From the NCBI GenBank assembly GCA_035249605.1, contig DATFGI010000065.1, positions 7,208-71,207 on the forward strand: DNA of 64,000 bases, given 5' to 3'. The stretch is from Acidimicrobiia bacterium. Its GTDB lineage: Bacteria; Actinomycetota; Acidimicrobiia; Spongiisociales; ZC4RG35. Each line of letters starts with the position of its first letter. Within the stretch, counting starts at the first letter, position 1. The notes under the pieces were generated by a model. The model was not told the DNA's origin, ran no database searches, and was given only the letters and a program-made list of their open reading frames with translations. The translations under genes and the position numbers were made by a program. Below, piece by piece: positions 36,514 through 45,408 of the stretch.

Positions 36514-36541
36514 TCAGTGTCTGCAAACCTTCACAGAACGG
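36489..36541. promoter_or_regulatory. Nested inverted repeat in a divergent promoter region (CCGTTCTGTGAGGGT...ACCTTCACAGAACGG, with inner ACACT-C-AGTGT)
   Basis: 15-nt arms with one mismatch, 23-nt spacer, read directly. Lies between the LapA-like gene and the PQQ dehydrogenase gene. Confidence 0.3.
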
Positions 36542-36585
36542 TGATTTGTGCCACTACGGCCGAGCCGGCCATAGCCTGGGCCGTC

Positions 36586-37776
36586 ATGCTCCGTCGGTTG
36601 GTGCCCATCGTGGCCATCGTCCTGACCGCCGCTTGCGCCGATGAGGAGCCGGCGCCGACAACTCTCCCCGACATCGCCGTGACAACCACGGCCCCGGCGC
36701 CGACCACCACGAGTCCTGTGGCGGAGACGACCACCACGGTGCCGGTGAGCACCACCACCAGCCTGGCGCCTCTCCAGGGTCTCGCCTACCAGGAGGTGGC
36801 CGCGCTCGACTTCCCGGTCCAGATAGTCCCGAGGGACGAAGCCAGCTCGTTCGTCGCGACCAAGGTCGGCCGGGTGTGGTCGTTCGACGGATCGGCCGTC
36901 TCCTCCGAGCCCGTGCTCGACATCAGCGACCTGGTGCGCAACCGGGGCGAGCAGGGTCTGCTCTCGATCGTCTTCCACCCCGAGGACACGTCGCGGTTGT
37001 TCGTCCATTACACGGCCCACGACGGTGACACCGTCGTCGTGGAACACACCGTCGCCGGCGACGCGACGGTTGACCCCGAGCCCACCAGACAGCTGCTCCG
37101 CCTGGATCAGCCGGCGCGCAATCACAACGGGGGGATGCTCCAGTTCGGCCCGGACGGGCACCTCTACCTCGGTCTGGGCGATGGGGGAGGGGCCAACGAC
37201 CAGTTCGGGAACGGGCAGAACACAGAGACCCTGCTGGCGGGGCTGGTGCGCTTCAACGTCGAGGACCCGGAGTCGCAGCCCGTCCTGTTCCAGTACGGAC
37301 TGCGCAACCCATGGCGATTCTGGATCGACGGTGAGCTCGTCTACATCGGCGATGTGGGGCAAAACGCATATGAAGAGGTCAACGTGGCCCCTCTCGAGGA
37401 GGGTGTCAACCACGGGTGGCCGATCATGGAGGGCCTGCACTGCTTCCGCACCACAGACTGCGACACCTCGGGGCTCACCCTTCCGGTGATCGAGGTGGAG
37501 CACGGTGACGCCGGCACCTGCTCGATCACCGGCGGCGTCGTCTATCACGGCGCCGCCATCCCCGAGCTCGACGGCCACTTCTTCTACTCCGACTACTGCG
37601 GCGGATACCTACGCAGCTTCCTGTACCGCGACGGGGCGGTGGTGGAGCAGGCCGACTGGACCGACCAGGTCGGCACCGCGGGCCGGGTCACCAGCTTCGG
37701 AGTCGACTTCTTCGGCGAGATGTACGTCATGACGACCGACCAGCTCCTCAAGGTGGTGCCGGTGCGGGCCGGATAG
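36586..37776 (+). CDS. PQQ-dependent sugar (glucose/sorbosone) dehydrogenase, lipoprotein
   Basis: Signal peptide/lipobox MLRRLVPIVAIVLTAAC. NHNGGMLQFGPDGHLYLGLGDGGG, YGLRNPWRF, GDVGQNAYEEVN. Confidence 0.8.
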   Translation: MLRRLVPIVAIVLTAACADEEPAPTTLPDIAVTTTAPAPTTTSPVAETTTTVPVSTTTSLAPLQGLAYQEVAALDFPVQIVPRDEASSFVATKVGRVWSFDGSAVSSEPVLDISDLVRNRGEQGLLSIVFHPEDTSRLFVHYTAHDGDTVVVEHTVAGDATVDPEPTRQLLRLDQPARNHNGGMLQFGPDGHLYLGLGDGGGANDQFGNGQNTETLLAGLVRFNVEDPESQPVLFQYGLRNPWRFWIDGELVYIGDVGQNAYEEVNVAPLEEGVNHGWPIMEGLHCFRTTDCDTSGLTLPVIEVEHGDAGTCSITGGVVYHGAAIPELDGHFFYSDYCGGYLRSFLYRDGAVVEQADWTDQVGTAGRVTSFGVDFFGEMYVMTTDQLLKVVPVRAG

Positions 37777-37787
37777 CCTGGCTGCCC

Positions 37788-38207
37788 ATGGCCACCATCT
37801 TCACCAGGATCATCGAAGGCGAGATCCCGGGGACCTTCGTGTGGAGGGATGACCGGTGCGTTGCCTTCCTGTCGATCAACCCGCTTCGCGACGGCCACGT
37901 CCTCGTCGTCCCCACGGAGGAGGTGGACCACTGGCTGGACTGCCCGTCGGAGTTACGTGACCATCTCATGGAGGTGTCGCGGACCATCGGCCTCGCCCTG
38001 GCCGAGGTCTACCGACCGGCGCGGGTCGGCCTCATGATCGCCGGTCTGGAGGTGCCCCACCTCCACATCCATCTGGTTCCCATCGACAGCGTCAACGACA
38101 TGGACTTCTCGAATGCCGCCAGTGTGGAGCGGGAGCGTCTCGAGGCCGAGGCGGATTCGATCAGATCGGCCCTGACCGCGGCAGGCGCCTCAGGAACTTC
38201 CGCCTGA
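37788..38207 (+). CDS. HIT-family nucleotide hydrolase/transferase
   Basis: MATIFTRIIEGEIP, DGHVLVVP, and the histidine triad VPHLHIHLVP. Confidence 0.9.
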   Translation: MATIFTRIIEGEIPGTFVWRDDRCVAFLSINPLRDGHVLVVPTEEVDHWLDCPSELRDHLMEVSRTIGLALAEVYRPARVGLMIAGLEVPHLHIHLVPIDSVNDMDFSNAASVERERLEAEADSIRSALTAAGASGTSA

Positions 38208-39038
38208 GTGGGAGTCCTCTTCGGAGGCCTCGCCTCCCTCATCTACGGCATCGCCGACTTCCTCGGCGGAGAAGGCGCCAAACGGGTCACGGCCGCCACC
38301 GTCGTGCTGTGGGCGGGGTCCATCTCGCTGCCGCTGCTCACCATCGTCGCCTCGATAGTCGGTGGCCAGGCAAGCACCGGCGACTACCTGCTCGGTGCGG
38401 CGGCGGGCTCGCTGGGCTCGGTCGGCCTGGTGTTCCTCTTCGCCGGGCTGGGCCGCGGCCATGCCGCCGCAGTGGCTCCGGCGGCTGCGGTGACCAGCGG
38501 CGTGTTCCCTCTCCTGTTCGCGGTGATGAGGGGCGAGACCCTGGGTCCGGTCGAGTGGTTCGGGGTGGTGCTCGCCGCACCGGCCATCGTGCTCTGCTCC
38601 TGGGTCGCCGATCGGGGCGACGTCCCCCTCGGTGGCGTCTGGTACGGGCTGATCGCCGGTCTCGGATTCGGGGGCTACAACATCGTCATCGAGCGCACCA
38701 GCGAGGCATCGGCGCTCCTGCCGCTGATTCCGGCTCGAGCCGCCACCGTGGGATTGGTGGCCGTGGCGAGTCTGCTCGGTCTGTGGAAGGTCACCGGATG
38801 GCGCACCGTTCCCCAGCCGATCGTGGTTGGCAACGCCGTGCTCGATGCGGCCGGCAACGTCGCCATCCTCGTCGGGCTCCGGGCCGGGACACTGGCCAGG
38901 GTCAGCATCGCCGCGGCGTTCTACCCGGTCATCACGGTGCTCCTCGCCCGGCTGGTCAACTCCGAGCACCTACGCGCCCGTCAGATCGTCGGCCTGGCGC
39001 TGAGCATCGTGGCTCTCGCCGCCATCGCCCTCGGTTAG
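38208..39038 (+). CDS. EamA/DMT-family transporter
   Basis: 276 aa, about 10 TM segments. GTG start immediately after the HIT stop. Confidence 0.7.
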   Translation: MGVLFGGLASLIYGIADFLGGEGAKRVTAATVVLWAGSISLPLLTIVASIVGGQASTGDYLLGAAAGSLGSVGLVFLFAGLGRGHAAAVAPAAAVTSGVFPLLFAVMRGETLGPVEWFGVVLAAPAIVLCSWVADRGDVPLGGVWYGLIAGLGFGGYNIVIERTSEASALLPLIPARAATVGLVAVASLLGLWKVTGWRTVPQPIVVGNAVLDAAGNVAILVGLRAGTLARVSIAAAFYPVITVLLARLVNSEHLRARQIVGLALSIVALAAIALG

Positions 39039-40138
39039 TGGCCTTCGAAGTCGTGGATCGTCGCCTCGAGATGGGACATGGCGATGTCGTAGCCGAGCGG
39101 GACCCAATGAGTCGTGTAGTGGGTCACCCGCTCCACCCAGAGCCGGAATGCCGCCGCCCGCCACGCTTCGTCGTCGAGTCGGAAGCCGTCGAGCAGTCGC
39201 GGGTACAACCAGGACCAGACCTCGGCGTCGATGGTCAGCGGAGCCTCGGGGTCGACACCGAGCCAGGCCAACACCGCCTTCTCCCGTGAGTCGGGTGACT
39301 CGGCGACGGAGGCACGGGTGGCGGTGAGGTCATAGGCGACGGTCTCCTTGAGGTCGACGGGGACCTCGGCGGGCGGATCGGAGTCGAACACCGCAGCCTT
39401 GGAGGGGCCGGGTCGCCCTTGCAGCGAGGAGACCGCGTCGAGACACTCGAGGAGCATCTCCTCGATCTCGGCGAGGGACCCGTAGAGGGCGTGACGCTTC
39501 CCGTCTGCGGCATTGTGCTCGTAGATGCCCAGGCCCATCGTGGAGGTGGCGTGGGTGATCACCGTGTCCACCCCCCAATCGGAGCGGGCGCGAACGAATG
39601 GGTCGGCCGCCAGGTTCTCCACCGCGGCGGCGGAGAGAAGCAACTCCCCTCCCAACGGCTGGCCGAGCCGGGGGAGGAAGGTATCCGCGTAGAGGATGGC
39701 AAGCCCGGGCCGGGTCACCATCCATGTGATCATGGCGTCGGTGGCGGCGCGGGGAAAGCGGTGCCTGACCACTCCATAGCCGCGGTCTGCTGCCCTCTCC
39801 GCCCCTTCGATCCAGGACCCGTCGAAGTTGGTGATGTCTGCGTCATAGAAGTGAGTCCGGTCGAATCCGCGCTCTGCCGCCAGCCTGATCGCGGTGTTCA
39901 TCCCGTCGCCCTTGCCGGAGCGGTAGGTGCCGAGTCGGTCCTGGGCGAAGACGGACACCTGGGTCCCGGTGATGACCGCCACCTGCTCCGCCGCCGATGC
40001 GACCTCCGCCATCGACGAGCCCTCGGCGGCGGCCACGGCCCACACCTCCTCCACCCGCTCGTGACGGGCCGCGATGGTCAGGTTGGCTGAGACGACCCTC
40101 AGGTCCTCGGACTTGAACGGGAACACCACCAAGCTCAT
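39035..40138 (-). CDS. Glycosyltransferase resembling mannosyl-/glucosyl-3-phosphoglycerate synthases (GT55/GT81-like)
   Basis: YRSGKGDGMNTAIRLAAERGFDRTHFYDADITNF parallels my recollection of RSGKGEGM...FVDADNY in archaeal MPGS. Confidence 0.45.
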   Translation of the reverse strand: MSLVVFPFKSEDLRVVSANLTIAARHERVEEVWAVAAAEGSSMAEVASAAEQVAVITGTQVSVFAQDRLGTYRSGKGDGMNTAIRLAAERGFDRTHFYDADITNFDGSWIEGAERAADRGYGVVRHRFPRAATDAMITWMVTRPGLAILYADTFLPRLGQPLGGELLLSAAAVENLAADPFVRARSDWGVDTVITHATSTMGLGIYEHNAADGKRHALYGSLAEIEEMLLECLDAVSSLQGRPGPSKAAVFDSDPPAEVPVDLKETVAYDLTATRASVAESPDSREKAVLAWLGVDPEAPLTIDAEVWSWLYPRLLDGFRLDDEAWRAAAFRLWVERVTHYTTHWVPLGYDIAMSHLEATIHDFEGH

Positions 40139-40185
40139 CGGCGGTGCCCGGGATCTGTCACCACGGGGGTCTACTCTCGGTTGCC

Positions 40186-41868
40186 ATGACCGCGAAGTCC
40201 CCCCCCGGCGGGGTGGGAAGAGTCCTCGGCACCAGGGATGCGACCCCTCTCGAGTTCTGGGTGGGTGTGGCCGAGGGCGAGTACCTCCAACTCGACGACG
40301 TGGTTGCCCTGGAGCGGGTCCTGCCGACCGGCGAGGTGGTCAGGATGTTCGGGACCGTCGCCCAGGTGGTGGCACGCCACGAGGGCGCCCGCTTCGACTC
40401 AGACGTCTTTCTCATCGAGGACGGCATCCTCCCCGCCGAGGTCACCGAGGCGGCGCAGATCAGCGCTACCCGGTTCGAGCCCGAGGTATTCGTCCCACCC
40501 CGCCCGGGACAGCAGGTGCGCATCGCCGAGGGCGACGAGCGGGACCAGGCTCTGTTCTTCGACCGCATGGAGCGCAAGGTACCCGTGGGTCTCGCCCGCA
40601 ACGGCGAGCCGCTCTGGGTCAACTTCGAGTTCATCAACGGCGAGCGGGGAGCGCATGTCAACATCTCCGGCATCTCCGGTGTGGCAACCAAGACCAGCTA
40701 CGCGACCTTCCTGCTCCACTCTCTGTTCACCTCGGGCGTGCTGGGCAAGGCCGCCGTCAACACACGGGCTCTCGTCTTCAACGTCAAGGGCGAGGACCTG
40801 TTGCACCTCGACCGGGTCAACAACCGTCTCGACGACGAGCAACGGGCCCGCTACACCGATCTCGGTTTGCCCAGCACGCCTTTCGACTCGGTCGGTCTGT
40901 ACGCCCCGCCCCGGCTCGACGATCCCCGCGCCACCGCAGACGTCGCCTCCCGCTCCGACGTCACTTCCTTCTTCTGGAGCATCCACGAGTTCTGCGCAGG
41001 TGATCTCCTCCCCTTCCTCTTCGCCGACGCCGAGGATGACCGTGCTCAGTACACGACCGTGGTCTACAACGTGATGGCCCAACTCCGTCAAGCGGAGGTG
41101 ACCGAGACCGGGGCCGCGGTGATCGACGGGGTCAAGGTGCGCACCTTCAGGGAGCTGGCCGACCTGATCACCGAGCGGGTCCAGTCCGAGGACCATCGTC
41201 ATCGCTGGGCCGGTCCCGCCATCGGCCTGGGCACGATCAATGCCTTCGTGCGACGTCTCCAGGGCTCGGTGCGCCATCTCGGGCGTCTGGTCCGCTCCGA
41301 CGTCCCCGACCCGGAGCGTCACCGTATCGACTTCCAGCACCAGGTGACCGTGGTCGACCTCCACAACCTCAACGACCGTGCCAAGCGATTCGTGGTCGGG
41401 GTCACGCTGAAGCGGGCATTCGAGGACAAAGAGAAGGCCGGCCAGGCGGACGAGCTCCTCATGGTCGTGCTCGACGAGTTGAACAAATACGCCCCGCGCG
41501 AGGGGTCGAGCCCGATCAAGGAGATCCTGCTCGACATCGCCGAGCGAGGCCGTTCCCTAGGTGTCATCCTCATCGGCGCCCAGCAGACCGCGTCGGAGGT
41601 GGAGCGGCGAATCATCGCCAACAGCTCGATCAGGGTCGTGGGGCGTCTCGACTCGGCGGAATCGTCCCGGGAGGAATACGGCTTCCTCCCCGGCCCGCAC
41701 CGGCAGCGGGCCACCATCGTCAAGCCGGGGACGATGATCATCAGCCAGCCGGAGCTTCCGGTCCCCCTGGTGCTCGAGTTCCCGTTCCCGGCATGGGCGA
41801 CCCGGGCGTCGGAAGCGTTGAACCCGGTCACCGGGAGCGGCCCGGAAGACCCCTTCCAGGGTCTTTGA
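40186..41868 (+). CDS. herA: HerA-type (FtsK/HerA superfamily) ATPase/helicase
   Basis: HAS-barrel-like N-terminus (VGRVLGTRDATPLEFWVGV...). Walker A GISGVATKTSY, Walker B ELLMVVLDELNKYAP, then GVILIGAQQTASEV. Confidence 0.75.
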   Translation: MTAKSPPGGVGRVLGTRDATPLEFWVGVAEGEYLQLDDVVALERVLPTGEVVRMFGTVAQVVARHEGARFDSDVFLIEDGILPAEVTEAAQISATRFEPEVFVPPRPGQQVRIAEGDERDQALFFDRMERKVPVGLARNGEPLWVNFEFINGERGAHVNISGISGVATKTSYATFLLHSLFTSGVLGKAAVNTRALVFNVKGEDLLHLDRVNNRLDDEQRARYTDLGLPSTPFDSVGLYAPPRLDDPRATADVASRSDVTSFFWSIHEFCAGDLLPFLFADAEDDRAQYTTVVYNVMAQLRQAEVTETGAAVIDGVKVRTFRELADLITERVQSEDHRHRWAGPAIGLGTINAFVRRLQGSVRHLGRLVRSDVPDPERHRIDFQHQVTVVDLHNLNDRAKRFVVGVTLKRAFEDKEKAGQADELLMVVLDELNKYAPREGSSPIKEILLDIAERGRSLGVILIGAQQTASEVERRIIANSSIRVVGRLDSAESSREEYGFLPGPHRQRATIVKPGTMIISQPELPVPLVLEFPFPAWATRASEALNPVTGSGPEDPFQGL

Positions 41869-41940
41869 GCAGCATGGACACATAAAGAAATCCTCCGGAT
41901 CGACCGACTAAACAGGGTGAGGCCTGCACGTCGGAACCCC

Positions 41941-44193
41941 ATGTCGCTCCGTCACGCCGCGGGCGTGACGGCAACGCGGGAGGTGGTGGCTCGCGCCCTG
42001 GTCGGTGTCGCCATGTGGGTCGGCGGTGTCGCCGGCCTCGGCATCGTGGCCTTGGCGGCGGTGACGGGCCGACGCGACCTGCTCGCGGTGGGCGTGTGCA
42101 CCTCTCTCATCGGTCTCATCGGCATGGTGCAACGCTGGCTGGGGCGACCACGCCCGTTGCCCATCCTCCTGGTCGCCTCACTCAACTGCGCATTGCTCGC
42201 ACCATTGACCGATGCCACGTCTCACATCGCCCTCCTCCCCGCGTTGACCCTGTTCGCGTTCGTCGGCATCCTCGCCCTGCCCAAACCGACCGCCAGGCTG
42301 TTTGCCCTTTGGTGTGGATTGGTCTCCGCGGTCACGGTGCCCTTCGTGGTCCCCGGGATGACAACCGGGGAGTACATCGCCGTGGCGATGATGCTGGGTG
42401 CGGTCGGGTTCGCCGGATGGCGGTTCCTCACGATCGCCGGTGACCTGCTGGGTCGGGAGGAGGAGAGTCATCGTGTCCTCTTCCAGGACTCGCCGGTGGC
42501 ATTGTTGGAGGAGGACTTCACCGCCGTGGCGGCTCGTCTCGAGAAGATGCGCGACGAGGGTGTGAAGGATCTGGAAAGTCACCTGTCGCAGCGGCCCGAC
42601 CTGCTTCGGGAGCTGATCTCGGCGATCAGAGTCCGCCGAGCGAACCATGCGGCCCTGGAGATGATCGGCGCCGAGTCCGTCTCCGATCTGGATCAGGGAC
42701 TCAGGTCGGCAGCGCGGGCACAGCCGGAGTTGGGGACGTTCCTCCAGCAGTTCCTGGCTATCTGGGACGGGCGTACCGAAGTCGCGATCGATCTGGAGGG
42801 GAACACCCTCGCCGGTGAGCCGCTGCAGGCCGTGCTCCACTGGTCGGCACCACGCGATGGCGGAAGACTCGATCTGAGCAAAGTGATCGTCGCCATCTCC
42901 GACGTCACGCCGAGGGTGGAGATGGAGCAACGGCTGGCCCGCGCGCTCGAGGTCAACCGGAGTCTCCTCGAGTTCGAGCACGCCCTGGCGCAATGTTCCC
43001 GGTCACTCCTCCTCGGCAGCGGTGAGATGGCGCTCGAAGAGGCATTGACCACTCTGAGGGAGGCGATCGGGGCCGACCGCTCCTACCTGACGGTCAACGT
43101 CGACGATCCCGAGCATGGGGAGAGCTTTCACGTCGTCCGCTCGGTGAGCCTCCCCCAGTTCTCCGAGGACGAGTGGATGGGCACCGTCATCCCCTGGGCG
43201 AAGTACCACATGGTGCGTGCCGAGCATGTGGCGGGGCGCCCGTTCCAACACATCGGGGCACCTGATTCGACGGGCTGGAGCCGGTCGGTGCTCACGGTCC
43301 CCGTCTTCACCGAGGGCCGCTGGGCGGGCACGGTGGGTTTCATGGACATGAAACGGGACCAGCCATGGCCGGACGAGGCGGTGCGGATGCTCGAGGTGGC
43401 CGCCCCGATGCTGGGCACGTTCTGGGAACGGGAGGTCACCCGGAAGAGGCTCGAGGACCTGGTCATGTCGAAGGACCGCTTCGTCGCCAGTGTGTCCCAC
43501 GAGCTGCGCACCCCGCTCGCAGCCGTTCTCGGTTTCGCCGAGGAGCTTCGGGCCAACGCATCCAGCTTCCGCGGCGAGGAGCTCACCGACATGCTGGAGC
43601 TGATCGCCGATCAGAGCCAGGAGATGGCGGACATGGTGGAGGACCTGCTGGTGTCGGCCCGCGCCGACATCGGGACCATCTCGATCCGCCCCCAGGACGT
43701 CTACCTCCGCTCCCAGGCGGAGGCCGTCCTCGCCGGCCTCGGCTCGACAGAGGGCAAGAACGTTCTCGTGGTCGGGAGCAGGGGACGGGTTTGGGCCGAC
43801 CCGTCGAGAACGAGACAGATCATCCGGAACCTGATCACCAATGCCATGAGATACGGCGGCGACCACGTCGTCATCGAGTCGGTGGAGCATGCCGAAGAGA
43901 CCGTGCTCACGGTCACCGACGACGGGCCCGGGCTGGAGCGTTCTCAGTGGGAAGAGATCTTCGAGCCCTATCAGCGTGCCCATGACGCGCCGACCCAGCC
44001 GGCCTCGATCGGGCTCGGGTTGACGGTGGCCCGGCAACTCGCCCGTCTCATGGGCGGCGACGTCGTCTACCGGTGTGAGGACGTCGGGAGCGTCTTCTCC
44101 CTCACCCTCCCCACGGATGCGCCCGCAGCGGAAGCCACCGACTCGTCTGTGGTCGATGAGCCACGGCTAGCCGGTGTCGTCGCAGGAGACTGA
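41941..44193 (+). CDS. Membrane sensor histidine kinase (multi-TM, PAS, GAF, HisKA, HATPase_c); no adjacent response regulator
   Basis: H-box SHELRTPLAAVLGFAEEL, N-box IIRNLITNAMRYG, G-boxes DDGPGL and GLGLTVARQLARLMGG. The start could also be 41917. Confidence 0.85.
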   Translation: MSLRHAAGVTATREVVARALVGVAMWVGGVAGLGIVALAAVTGRRDLLAVGVCTSLIGLIGMVQRWLGRPRPLPILLVASLNCALLAPLTDATSHIALLPALTLFAFVGILALPKPTARLFALWCGLVSAVTVPFVVPGMTTGEYIAVAMMLGAVGFAGWRFLTIAGDLLGREEESHRVLFQDSPVALLEEDFTAVAARLEKMRDEGVKDLESHLSQRPDLLRELISAIRVRRANHAALEMIGAESVSDLDQGLRSAARAQPELGTFLQQFLAIWDGRTEVAIDLEGNTLAGEPLQAVLHWSAPRDGGRLDLSKVIVAISDVTPRVEMEQRLARALEVNRSLLEFEHALAQCSRSLLLGSGEMALEEALTTLREAIGADRSYLTVNVDDPEHGESFHVVRSVSLPQFSEDEWMGTVIPWAKYHMVRAEHVAGRPFQHIGAPDSTGWSRSVLTVPVFTEGRWAGTVGFMDMKRDQPWPDEAVRMLEVAAPMLGTFWEREVTRKRLEDLVMSKDRFVASVSHELRTPLAAVLGFAEELRANASSFRGEELTDMLELIADQSQEMADMVEDLLVSARADIGTISIRPQDVYLRSQAEAVLAGLGSTEGKNVLVVGSRGRVWADPSRTRQIIRNLITNAMRYGGDHVVIESVEHAEETVLTVTDDGPGLERSQWEEIFEPYQRAHDAPTQPASIGLGLTVARQLARLMGGDVVYRCEDVGSVFSLTLPTDAPAAEATDSSVVDEPRLAGVVAGD

Positions 44194-44283
44194 TCCACTC
44201 AACCCACGCAATCGCCTTCTCGGACGGCACGGAACCACGACGCTCCCGGAATCTGTCGGGGTCGGTTCCTACGATCGCGAAAA

Positions 44284-45408
44284 GTGAAGATCCTCCATAC
44301 TTCCGACTGGCACGTCGGACGGCGCATCCGGGGACGTGACCGCTCCGACGAGCATCGCGCCGTGCTCGATGAGCTGGTCGGTTTGGCCGACACCCATCGA
44401 GTCGATCTCACCGTGGTGGCGGGCGACCTCTTCGACAGCGCCTCACCCACCCCGGTTGCCGAGCAGATCGTGTGGCGGGCACTGCTCGATCTGGCGGAGG
44501 TCGCACCGGTGGCCGTTGTGTCGGGGAATCATGACCACCCGGCCCGTCTCGACGCCATCGCACCGGTGCTGGAGCGCGCCGCGATCACGGTGGTCGGTGC
44601 GCCCCGATCCGCCGAGGACGGCGGCACCCTGACCATCGAGGATCCCGGTGCCCGTATCGCGCTCTTGCCATTCGTGTCCTCGCGCGGGATCGTCAAGGTC
44701 GAGGAGATCATGGGCTCGGACCCCGACCAGCACGCCGGGCTCTACGAGGACAGGATGCGCCGGGTGGTCGAGGCCATCACCTCCGACATGGGCACCGACA
44801 CCGTGAATCTCCTCGTCAGCCATCTCACCGTCTTCGGGGCGATGGCCGGGGGTGGGGAGCGAAGCGCCCACATCTTCGGATACGCGGTGCCCTCCGGTCT
44901 GTTCCCGGGTCATCTCTCCTACGTCGCATTGGGTCATCTCCACCGTCAGCAGAAGATGCCGCACGCCTCCGCGGTCTGGTACTCGGGCTCCCCACTGCAG
45001 CTCGATTTCGGGGAAGTGGCAGACCAGAAGGGAGCGTTGCTGGTCAAGGCGGAGCCGGGTCGGCCGGCGTCGGTCGAGGAGCTGCCCCTCCGCTCCGGGC
45101 GGAGACTGGTCTCCCTGACCGGAACCCTCGAGCAGGTGCTGGCCCGAGCCGACGAGGCACGTGATGCCTATGTCCGGGTCATCCTCCAAGAGACTGCCCG
45201 GGTGGGGCTCGCCGATGAGGTGCGGGCGGCCATCCCCGACGCGGTCGAGGTGGTCTTGGACAACCCTTCGAAGCCCATCCCCGCCAGGGAGCCGCGCCAG
45301 GGTCTGGAACCGACCGAGGCGTTCGCCCGATATCTGGCCGACCGTGACAGCGCAGACCCCAGGGTGCAGAAGCTGTTCGCCGAGCTGCTCGACGAGGCGG
45401 CGAGATGA
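44284..45408 (+). CDS. sbcD: Exonuclease SbcD (Mre11 family)
   Basis: MKILHTSDWHVG, VVAGDLFD, SGNHD, LGHLH. GTG start. Confidence 0.9.
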   Translation: MKILHTSDWHVGRRIRGRDRSDEHRAVLDELVGLADTHRVDLTVVAGDLFDSASPTPVAEQIVWRALLDLAEVAPVAVVSGNHDHPARLDAIAPVLERAAITVVGAPRSAEDGGTLTIEDPGARIALLPFVSSRGIVKVEEIMGSDPDQHAGLYEDRMRRVVEAITSDMGTDTVNLLVSHLTVFGAMAGGGERSAHIFGYAVPSGLFPGHLSYVALGHLHRQQKMPHASAVWYSGSPLQLDFGEVADQKGALLVKAEPGRPASVEELPLRSGRRLVSLTGTLEQVLARADEARDAYVRVILQETARVGLADEVRAAIPDAVEVVLDNPSKPIPAREPRQGLEPTEAFARYLADRDSADPRVQKLFAELLDEAAR

